Shown: positions 13,075 through 23,311 of the stretch, piece by piece
Position numbering within the stretch: the first letter of the stretch is position 1
Layout: each line of letters begins with the position of its first letter
Assembly: GCA_047495785.1 (NCBI GenBank)
Contig: JBLDXI010000017.1
Location: 1,860,001-1,924,000 of the forward strand
Direction of reading: 5' to 3'
DNA length: 64,000 nt
Source of the DNA: Lepidodermella squamata
Taxonomy: Eukaryota > Animalia > Gastrotricha
Program-made: the position numbers and the translations under genes
Notes under the pieces: generated by a model
Database searches by the model: none
Seen by the model: only the letters and a program-made list of their open reading frames with translations
Told to the model about the DNA's origin: nothing

Positions 13075-14675
13075 TTAATGGAAAAAATTGACAACTAAGA
13101 TGACAATGAACAGCAGCATCGTGTGATCGGGCAAAAAAGTTGGGACACAATTTATTGATATAATGCTAGCTACCGTTGGGACTTGAACATTATTAGGAAC
13201 GTTAACGCTGGTAACAATTTCGCTTTCTTCTTTGACTATATCTGGAATCGTCGTTGGTATTCGATAAGTCACTCGGGGCAATCTAGAAACTTGATTAGGA
13301 TTGAGGTTCGGGTTGAAGGTAGTGAGGGTGCCTAGTCCAATATTTGAGCCATTATTCGATCTGCGTAAAAATACTTTATTTCTATCAATAGCTTGGGGAG
13401 AAGTCGGGGATTACGGAATTCTGGCTGTTGTTCGAAAGGAGCTGCCTGATACAATTTGCTGGGTTGAAGTTGGGAGAAGCCTAGGAGAGCCACTGCTAGC
13501 TGATTGGGTTATCTCATAAGGCCGGGCGAATTGTTGGCCAGTATTCGATGGATCCACATTTCCACCCGGGCCGTAGTTACAAATCTTCACAAAATTAAAT
13601 AGGACTAGCTATAGATTAAGGTCAAATTACCACTATGGTTTGATTTCTGCCGCGGCATCGAGCCTTTGCGCATCTAGGGAGACATTAATTTAGTTGACAA
13701 TATTTTTATTAAGGTGTCAATTACCCAACAGCCATTGTGTTGGCTGTAATGATTTGTGTGTAGTGGCCAACATATTTAGGAGGGTTTTGGATTCCGTAGT
13801 ACCAATCGTTCTTCTCCGAGGCCCAAGTTTCAACCGCCATTTGCTCTGTAGCATTATCCAAAGCATTCCAGTAAACTTCCAAGGGTTACAAAATATTTTA
13901 GAAATTAGGAAAAAATAATTGAAGCCTTACTATTCTGACCGACCCACGGGAAAGGAGGCCTGGTGCCTCTACCAGGTAGGGCTCGATTTAACGGGCTATC
14001 ACTATCCTGAGGGCAAGTGCTCGCCCAACCAGCTGCAGTGGCTGCTAGATCGTCGTCCCAAACCAAATCTCGCATATTCACCGCCGGAGGATTGACATTT
14101 CCTATTCCAGATAAAAGATCAACCCAGCTTAAAATTTCCGTGGCTACAACTTACTTCGATAGCTGTTATGATTCCTTACTATATCTTCGACTGAAACTCG
14201 TTCAAGGGCTATGAAGCTTTCAGACGCATTAGCGCACATTGAATGATTTGATGGTAGGCCAAGAAAGACACACATCGATCTCTAAAAATTCATGTTTTTA
14301 GTCAGTTTTCCTATAACTTCGAAATTGCTATACCCGATCTGATGTAGAGAACCATCCTTGGCCAGTTGGCGCGTCAGTCGTTACTTGATTGATTATAATT
14401 GGGTCACAAGTTGGCGTCTGGCTCCACTTTGGATTCCACGGAGGGTTGCAGATAACGCTTTCCGGCCCATTCGGCTTCTTGCCGTTGTAGCAAGCGTACG
14501 TGATAGTAACGGAGCGGAATTCAGGCTTTGAGCCGTAATCCGTTCTCAGGGACCGTATGAAAGCGTTCGGCACTTCAGGAGCAGCTCCGCAGGCTGGGAG
14601 CTCTAAAATGACCACATCGGCTGAAACATCAGCTGAGGAGAGACAGCAGATGAATAATAAAAAGATTAGGACCAT
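13075..14675 (-). CDS. CAP gene D: signal peptide + Sushi + 1 CAP + S/T/P stalk + C-terminal hydrophobic tail (probable GPI signal)
   Basis: MVLIFLLFICCLSSA signal (ATG 14675). Sushi PACGAAPEVPN...YACYNG...C...WSQTPTC. CAP motifs WVGQN, GHYTQ, ICNYGPGGN. The spliced tail ends ...HTMLLFIVILVVNFFH*. Confidence 0.82.
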
Positions 14676-15240
14676 ATCTGCACAGGATTTTCCCGAAAAT
14701 TCGGTTGATGATGACGAATTGGGCTTTTGGCACGGCAGCAACCACCAAGGACACTTTAGTTGAGCAAATAACAGAAGCACGTCTGGATTTTTTGTTAGGA
14801 TAGTAGGGCAAAACACGCATGTTTATTCTGAAAAAATTATATCTGATCACAAAAAATTGGCCATGTGATAGCAATCAAGTACAGTTTGAAACTAAAAGAT
14901 GTTGAAATGTCCTTTTTCGGAATTATTTTAAAATAATTAACAATGCTGGATCTAAGCAGTGATGATGCGACCTAGTTCAAAAAATTAAGCAGAATTTTTT
15001 AAATATTTTTCTTATGAATTCTAATTATCATTTTTCCATTTAAATGGACATATTTAGGGATAAAAATGACCTCTAATAAAAACACCGAAAAATTAAACTT
15101 CAGAGGTGTGATCAAATGAACTCATTTTTTTCTCGCTCTATTCCGCATGAAATCTTTATTTGCTTTTGCAAGTCAAAATATAATGAAAAACGAGGCTCCT
15201 CATCTTTGCTTTCTCAAAATAAGTTTATACAGGCAGTGCG

Positions 15241-17316
15241 TTACTGCGCGTACCAAACAGTCTCGTAAGGATAAGCATAAGGATTCGACCCATCAGGCGG
15301 TACAACATTTCCGCCGGCGCCGTAGTTGCAAACCTGTTTGATAAAAGAATTCAAATCAAAATAGCGACTTGGATCAATTCGACTTACTAAATTATTTTCG
15401 TACCCGCCCCCGATACCCTGGCAGATGGACATGCCGCAACCTACGTAATGCGTCTCGGCCCAGATAATTTGCGTGTAATGGCCGACTTTATTCTTGTTCA
15501 CTGAACCTACGCCATACATCCAGTCCTTGACTTCAGCGGCCCAATCTACGCAGATAAAATAGCTTTAACTTCACAATTCAAAATTCGGAAATTCAATAAC
15601 CATCAATGCAAGCTGTCCAAGATTCGCTTATTCCGTAGGACCAGCATAGATTTTGCCCGACCTTGGGATTTTCCATAAAAATAAATTCGAATTTGAAAAT
15701 TATTGAAAAAATATTACCCATGGCCAGGCAGGTTTATCGCCACGATCCGGGAGAGATCGTTCTGCCCGCTTGTTGTGCCTGAATATACATTGAGCTGGAA
15801 TAAATTCAAATTTTCTCAAGCAATTTAGGATAAAATTGCCGAAAATTACCAGCCCATCTTTCAGCCTCTGGAATTTCAACACAATATTTTAAGATTTTTA
15901 TATAAAATTGGGAAAATACTGACCTATTTGCAAATCTTCGTCCCATTTCAATTTAGGCATAAAAACGGCTGGTGGGTTCAGCATTGACCTGTAGTAATTG
16001 TGCCTATTCAATATCTCGCTGATTGATGAAGGCTGAAGAGAGATCAAGTTCGGTGAATCATCCAGACACATCGAATGCGGCTTCGACAGGCCGTATCGGC
16101 ATTGAGACTGTTAATCAATAATATTATGAAACAGGGGTACTTCGAATCGATTTCCTTACTCCATACGACGGAACAGTAAGGTCCTGGAGCGGGGACGGTG
16201 TGGATGGGAGAAGGGGTTCGGCCTTCTTAATTGGTTGTTGAAAGAGCGAGAACTCATCCACTTCAAAATGCTGTTTTTTCAACTGATTTTCCAGCCTATT
16301 TTTCAAAGGCTGGACCACATATCCCTGGGTAGTAGCTTCAGACGAGCTAATGTAATAAGGCATAGTTTTCGTAGCAAAAGTTTGAGGTGGACGGGATTTA
16401 GGAGTTGTTTTATAGGCAACGCTAGGATCCAGCTGGTAAGGATAGGCAAAGAAAGCCCCAGAGTTATCCCGATCGTAATTCCCTCCAGGTCCGTAGTTGC
16501 AAACCTATCACAAACAGAATTGAGCTGATGTTGAATGATAATGGCTTAAACTGACAAAAACCATGACGATCCCGGTTGGACTGCCACATCGAGCCTTAGC
16601 ACAGCCGACGTAGAGCGTTTCTTGGCTGACGATTTGTGTGTAATGGCCAACAACGGTTACAGGGTCTTTGATGCCGTAGTGCCAATCGTTCCTTTCCTCG
16701 GCCCATTTCAAAATGGCCTCGATTATCGACGCATTCCCAGAGTTCCAGTATACTTCAAAGGAAAAATTGTGCTCGAATTGGAGTAGAAATTGGAAAATTA
16801 ATTACTATTCTGGCCGACCCAGTCCCATTGCGGCTCCCCGCCTCTTGCGGGTAGAACTCGGTCTGCAACGTCGTCATGGTCTAAAGGACAAGTGCTGGCC
16901 CATCTGATTCAAATAAAACTTATTTCAGGTGAAAATTCGCGAAATGACCATGGAAATACCCTTCAGCCATAGCCGTCAAATCGATGTCGTAGCGTAGGTC
17001 CGGCATATGCAGCGCAGGTGGGGTGACGGTCCCTGAAATAAATTGTGGATACCTTCATCGAGTACTCGGAAATAGGATTCAACTTACTCCTGAAGTAATT
17101 ATGAGTGAGTAGAACATCCTCAGCTGATACCGGTTCGAAGCCTTGAAAAACCGAGGAAGGCGAAGTTATGCACAGCGAGTGTGACGGGGGCAGGTTGTAT
17201 ATTTGGCATAGGGTTTCCCTATTAATGGACCCTCCCATCGGGTTGAACATCCCGCCGTATACATAGTTGGTCGAATAAAGTGATATTGATAAAATTTTCA
17301 GAGTTAGACTCGCCAT
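15241..17316 (-). CDS. CAP gene E: signal peptide + 2 CAP domains (no Sushi)
   Basis: MASLTLKILSISLYST N-terminus, then LCQIYNLPPSHSLC...THNYFR, two GHYTQ motifs, and ends VCNYGAGGN...YPYETVWYAQ*. Confidence 0.85.
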
Positions 17317-17717
17317 TTCTAGTTAATTTTGTGTTGAACTAGTAACTAGTGAGGAAATGTCTCTTAGCGAGGATGTTTGCATGGCGATAGGATACAGACG
17401 CCACGTGCAACAAGCGCGTGTTTTTTTCTGGAAAATAAGCGTAATGAAGGTCATTTCCGAGCATGTTTATTACATTTCAGGGCATTGCAAGTCACAAATC
17501 GCAGCTGAACTAGGTAATTTTGATTACTGGAAATTAGATTGTTAAAACTACCGTAAAGCGGAATCTTTGGACACTTCATGCTGTGCAGTTTGCAGCGAAG
17601 GGGAATACCATTGATAAAATTACCATTGATGAGGCCACTGCATATGCAAATAAGCGTCCAACATTTCCAGCTAATTAACCCAAGTTTTAGACAAGCACAT
17701 TTCAAAATGCACCAAGG

Positions 17718-17890
17718 CAGACCGCCATAACAGCAAATGCCCAAAACAGCAGGCGCGACAAAACAGCAAATTTTTAAACTTGCGACATAACAGCAGAAAC
17801 TTGGTGCTGTTACATATAATCAAGTGTTCGCTGTTTTGTCGCGACTAAAAAAGTTGCCGGTTTGTCGCATTTGCTGTTTTAGCGCCGACC
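17718..17890. repeat. Palindromic element built from ACAGC(AAA) subrepeats (MITE-like)
   Basis: GCGACAAAACAGC (17755-17767) is inverted as GCTGTTTTGTCGC (17830-17842). AACAGCAAATGC is inverted as GCATTTGCTGTT. Confidence 0.65.
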
Positions 17891-18100
17891 AATTTGCGCC
17901 AATGATCAGGTGAAAAATATAAAAATTCTCAAAATTTGTGCGAAAATCAGGATTCACCTTGCTCATTTTTCCATTAAATTTCAGAATTTTCTAAGCAATG
18001 AGCATTCCAAATGTGTAGGTACCGCAAAAACGACCTCTAGCCTTGAAACTCGTTTTATGTTTTATTCATCATCTTCCGAAAACGAATATAGCGAAGGTTC

Positions 18101-19432
18101 TCAAGCTTTAGTGAGGTGAAAAGCTTTCAATTTTAGCTCTGGCCCTGCGTCTTGGTCCGCAAAAGTGAAGAACAGCGTTGCATTGTGATACGTCATAGTA
18201 TTGATCGCCGTCCCAATCTGGCTAGAATCCACTATATCAGCTCGAAACAGTAATTTCGCCGTCATTTTATTGAACACTAAAACCGCCGTAGTCGTGCGGC
18301 TGAACAGGTAAGTGTCGCTAACCAACATCTCTACAACGCCCTGATCAGCCGTATAGGTCTGAACGATGTCGCCAGTTTTCAAATTGAATGCATGGATATA
18401 GCCAGCCTCGACGCAGACCATGTAAACTAATTGCCCATCGCTAACCGGATTCGTTCCACCTTGAATTTGATCACTGCAAAATTCGTATTTCCACAGCAAA
18501 GCGCCGTTATTGTTGATATCAACAGCGACAAGAGTTGCGTCATCCGAACCATCGGGATTCGGAGATAGTTGAAGGAAAGCAATTTCGTTAACCACCAACA
18601 AGGCTCGACTCAATCGGTAACTCGAGCCGAACTTAACCTGCCAAATAACCCGACCATCGTTGATATCCAACTCGCCTAGAGCTGTCGATGGGGTGCTATC
18701 AATTGAAGCCGTGTAAAACAGCCGGTTATCCTTGTACAAAGTCGGCACCCAGTTCAGTTGAAAAGCAGTACTGTCCTCATCACCAGGCAATTGAAGGTAC
18801 CCAATAAACTTCTCCCCGCCCTTCTTCGCATCTACCAGCAAAACGTGCGTGAAATTGTGGTAGTAAACATATCCGGTGGTTCCGCTGTAAACCACGCCGA
18901 AATTATTCTCAAAAACCAGCCCATTAACCGCGACGTGTTTCGCCGTCCAGCGTTCGTTAATTTGCGTTGATTCGAAGGATTGAAGGGCGACGTAGAACTG
19001 GCCGTCCTCATCGGATTTAACTACGCTGTTTACGAGAATTGCACTTTCATCCGGTGTTAGCGTGATTTGGCTGCCGGAAAAGTCGTTCAGTTTTATGCTG
19101 GTCAGTATCGAACCGGTAGTCCCATCGATCATAGTGAGTTGTGAGTAGGAATCAGGTGATAACTCGTGGTCGTAGTTGACCAGAATGTAAATCGTGCCGT
19201 ATGAGTTGTGGACTGGTGACGAAAGGACGGCGCTGTAAAATTGAGACGGAGGCGGCATTACAGTCACGTTCCACGCTAATTTAAGCCCAGTTAGTCTTGC
19301 CTTGTCGATTATTGGGTCAGGGATATAACTCGTATGGTTATAATCGCCGCCATAACCAACCCAGTTTGTCGCGCTTTGAACCGATAGGACATGCGAAGCT
19401 GCGACGAAAATAAATGACAATAATCCGATCAT
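18101..19432 (-). CDS. Intronless secreted PQQ-enzyme-like/BamB-like beta-propeller protein
   Basis: Signal MIGLLSFIFVAASHVLSVQS, N-terminal WVGYGGDYNHTSY, LKLAW, and repeated Trp-docking-type blades (LDINDGRVIWQ, AVDINNNGALLWKY, AFNLKTGDIV). 443 codons with no intron. Confidence 0.75.
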   Translation of the reverse strand: MIGLLSFIFVAASHVLSVQSATNWVGYGGDYNHTSYIPDPIIDKARLTGLKLAWNVTVMPPPSQFYSAVLSSPVHNSYGTIYILVNYDHELSPDSYSQLTMIDGTTGSILTSIKLNDFSGSQITLTPDESAILVNSVVKSDEDGQFYVALQSFESTQINERWTAKHVAVNGLVFENNFGVVYSGTTGYVYYHNFTHVLLVDAKKGGEKFIGYLQLPGDEDSTAFQLNWVPTLYKDNRLFYTASIDSTPSTALGELDINDGRVIWQVKFGSSYRLSRALLVVNEIAFLQLSPNPDGSDDATLVAVDINNNGALLWKYEFCSDQIQGGTNPVSDGQLVYMVCVEAGYIHAFNLKTGDIVQTYTADQGVVEMLVSDTYLFSRTTTAVLVFNKMTAKLLFRADIVDSSQIGTAINTMTYHNATLFFTFADQDAGPELKLKAFHLTKA

Positions 19433-20213
19433 GGTTTTAATTTGAGAGAGTGAGAGGAATGGAAAAAAATCCAGCTTAAAGCGGTGCATTTATATCCGCG
19501 GTTTTTTTTATCTTATCAAAAGTGATGAGGACCCCGTTCCGTCCATAAGAATAGCTGATAAACTCGGTGCTTTGGCTAGAAAAAATGACTTATTCATTTT
19601 TATTGACCGATTTTAAAACTGCTCCAGTGTCTTACAATGTATCAATTGACATTATAGGAAAAATGATGACCAAATTTTACATAAAAATTCGCTTCCTAAC
19701 AGGAATACTAACAGGAATAGCAAGGACAAAATCCTGATTTTCGAGTGAAATAAATCCGAATTTTTTTAAATTCGAAAAAGCCAATTCCGGTAAGGTAAAA
19801 TGGATTATTGTCCAAATTTAATCCGTACAAACGTAATCATTGTCACGGTATATAGGATATTTTCGTGGCTGAATCCTTGGTTTCATCTCTCAGCTCTGGT
19901 CAGTGGTCATCTAGAAAGTAAAAAAAAATGGCAGCAATTAACTGTACACACGTGCGCAAGATTACGAGCGGCCCCTCGTGCCGTGATTCCTATTAAAACA
20001 ATGGATTGACAGAAAAAAAACTGCGTTGAAATGAGCAAACTTTACCTTTTATTCAATCCTATAATACTATCATTTTAATGGACCGAACGAGGCAAAAAAT
20101 GCAGGTTATAAAGCTAATAACACCACTTACGGGTTAAATTTCAATAGCAGTGAAACTACTATAAGGATTTGACACTTCTCAGAATTATAGCTTCGAACAC
20201 GGCAGCGTTGTAG

Positions 20214-22334
20214 ATGTTTGAAATCCTTTTATTTAGTTTAGCTCTCCTGTCAAAATGGTTCAGCTTAGCTAGTTGCAATGAATTCACTGATGGCAAAGCT
20301 CCATTCTACTATTCGCCGAAACAGGAACCTGCTCGGTACTGCGAGTTCGATCAGGATTCATGCCAACTTTTATCTCCGGGCTGGGTTCAAGGGCCGAAAA
20401 AAATCATCGAAAACAAAGGATCCAGTGGGCTATTGGACCTCAGGAATATATTTAGTACCGGATATCAATGTTTAACGCTCAATTTCAAGCTGAGAAAAAA
20501 CTCAACCTTTGAAATTCGAGATTATTCTGGAAAAATTTTATTCAGGGCCGATAAATCGCGGAAGCTCGAAAAATGGCGAGAAGTTTCATTACCCGTCAAT
20601 TTCGAGGCAGGAGCTCTGCTTTTGGTCAGTGGAACAGTCGCGTTGGATGAAATCAGGATCTATAACACATCCTGTTTAACCGAACCTGGGCAGAATAACC
20701 GGTGGAAAAGAGACGCGGAAGTTTTTTCATTTTCAAGCCAAGTCCTATACTGGCCGAGCAGCTTGGTCCCATACGAAATCAGCTATGGATTCGACAATTC
20801 TCAAATCGATGCAATTATGAGGTCAATGGCTATAATTAACGAATCAACCTGCGTCACATTTCGCCCGAAACAAGCTACAGATCGCGATTTCGTGAGGTTC
20901 ATCAGTTCTGAATCAGGTTGTAGAGCCGAAGTTGGCTACCGAACTGGCCGGACCGAAATCCACCTCGGCGACGAGTGTTTCGAATTCAACGGCATCAAGC
21001 ATGTGGTCCACGAAGTTTTACACATCCTCGGCCTGTTCCACGAACATCAGCGGCCAGATCGAGATAAATACGTAAATGTCCTATATTCAAATATTTTAAG
21101 CGGGTCCTTCGTGAATTTTGAGAAAACTCAAGCTATGGATGGGCGAATTTTAGCGACGAATTACGACTATCGTTCAGTCCTCCACTATTCAAGTTCGGAG
21201 TACGTTAAATCAGATGGATTACGGTCGATTATTGCTAAAATCGACCCGAATATGGAACTTGGAAATCGAGTTGGCCCGACAATAACTGACCTGCAAAAGG
21301 TCGCGAATATTTACTGCAACGGTCGATTGAACAATCAAATAACGAATAAGGACATTTTCTCATCGGGCCAGACAGTTCAAGATTACGGGAAATCGGATTT
21401 TGAAATACGACTTTGGTCCGGTGGAGTTATTCCTTACGATTTCGCGCCGAGTCTAAACGCATCGCATCAAGCTACTATTTTGGCTGTTATGTCGAAATTG
21501 TCGGAAAATACGTGTTTAAAATTCTTACCACGCCAACCGGACCATAAAAATTACGTAAGACTGACCCTAGGTTCGCAGTGCAGCTCTAATACTGGAATGG
21601 GAGGATTCGGGCGCCAAACTATCATCCTGGGACCTTCAAATGGCGGCTGCTTAACCTTCGCCCGAATTTCAAGATTTTTGATGCTAACTGCTGGTGTACC
21701 TTATGAACACAGGTAAAAAAGTCGGGTTTACAATTAAAAAATTAAGGAGGAATTTGCAAATTTCAGGCGATCTGATCGGGACAATTTTGTGAGAGTTCTG
21801 TACCAAAATTTGCACCCAATGGCTCCGAGGCAAGGCTTCGAAAAGCTGCAGTGGACGGATCCTCGCATTCTTTCAGTCCCTTACGACTATCAGTCTATCA
21901 TGCACTGGCCTGGCAACTACGGCTCGATGGACCCTAATCGATTGAACACAATTGAAGCTATTGATTCAGAGCTATATCAAACTTTAGGAAACAGCGAAGG
22001 TCCGACACGATATGATTTGGAGAAATTGACCAGTTTGTATTGCCAATTGGATAAATCCTACCCCCGGCCTGAGATAACCACGCCAAGCGCAACCTTGCCC
22101 GTCCCAGTCCAGCTTGGCTACGATGATGATTATAGCGGAAATGATGAATTTGTTACAGATTCGATAAGATATCGCCCGAATGTCTTCAATCAAGTTGGTG
22201 ATACAACAACTCGAATCACAAGCCCGTTGTGGTACCTTATCACCGCGGGTGAAGATCGGTATAACAGCGGCTTGAGGATAACGACCAGAAAGGCAACATC
22301 TCGGCCTACTTACAGGCAGCTTTCATCCACTTGA
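20214..22334 (+). CDS. Signal + MAM-like + astacin (M12A, catalytic motif intact) + second, degenerate astacin domain
   Basis: CEFDQDSC...VALDEI (MAM-like); RWKR furin site; HEVLHILGLFHEHQRPDRD; Met-turn reads SVLHY. The second domain has RFLMLTAGVPYEHRRSDRD and SIMHW. Intron 21713-21766. Confidence 0.88.
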
Positions 22335-22716
22335 CTCCATATTGCTTGGCTTGAATAAATACTCGGTGCAAATAAATTGATTTTTAAGCTGTTTTTATTT
22401 GTGATTTTTTTATCGGCGTCTAGCGAGAGTTGATGTTGGCAACATTTTTGTCTCACCCTCCTAATGAATAATGAATCAGAGGAAAAAAAATTGGCAACTG
22501 CGCACGTGAAGAGCTAAATAAATCAGTTGAATAACCTGTCAAAAATTGTAAAAAAAACTCAGGTCTTTTGACTCTACCCCATTCATCTAAAGGCCATTTT
22601 CTGAGTCTATTTACGCTCATCCAAACAAAGTGGAATCACTTTCTGTTTATAGCAACTCGTTTATAGCATGAGGGTTTTATTCACCCTGTAATCGAATATT
22701 TTCCAGATTTTTAACA

Positions 22717-23118
22717 ATGCCGATTGTGCTTACAAGTCCTCGAAGGGCGAAGCAAATTTCAACCCCTCGAAATAAGGCGAGAAGTTCTAGCATCAGCGCC
22801 AGTCCAGATCCTCAACAGCCTGCTAAAAATAAACAGCTAACCATTAAAGTCCCCGTCCCAGCCAGCGTAGTCGATTACCTGCGAAATATGGGCGGTTTTC
22901 GGGGTGCGAAACTGCTCAGTAGAATCGAAGAAGCAACTGGGACTGTCATCGAATCTCCGCTGAAATGCCAACGGCCGCATTTATTCAAAATCACGGGCCC
23001 TAATTTTGTACAGGTCTTGGCGGCTGAACAGGAGATTCAGAGCCTTGTGCAAAACTGCAATGAAGCCCTCTATTTCAATGACAAGCGGCAAGTTCGGCGG
23101 ACAAGTTTTGCTTACTGA
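22717..23118 (+). CDS. Small protein with a single type-I KH domain resembling MEX3 KH2
   Basis: IKVPVPASVV...GGFRGAKLLSRIEEATGTVIESP...PHLFKITG...VLAAEQEI. An AG acceptor lies just upstream of the ATG and AATAAA lies downstream of the stop. Confidence 0.7.
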   Translation: MPIVLTSPRRAKQISTPRNKARSSSISASPDPQQPAKNKQLTIKVPVPASVVDYLRNMGGFRGAKLLSRIEEATGTVIESPLKCQRPHLFKITGPNFVQVLAAEQEIQSLVQNCNEALYFNDKRQVRRTSFAY

Positions 23119-23311
23119 AGTTTTTGTGAAATTTAACCCGGTGAGAAATGAACCCTGATAATTGTTATGTGAATAAAAATATCTTTGTTTTTCTGGTGTT
23201 TTTGTTGACTTGATGCATCACTTCACACCGGGTACACAAATAATGAGGAAGTAACCAAACTGTAGCGAATAAAACCGCTTATTCCATATTATTTTTGTCA
23301 TCTCATTAAAA

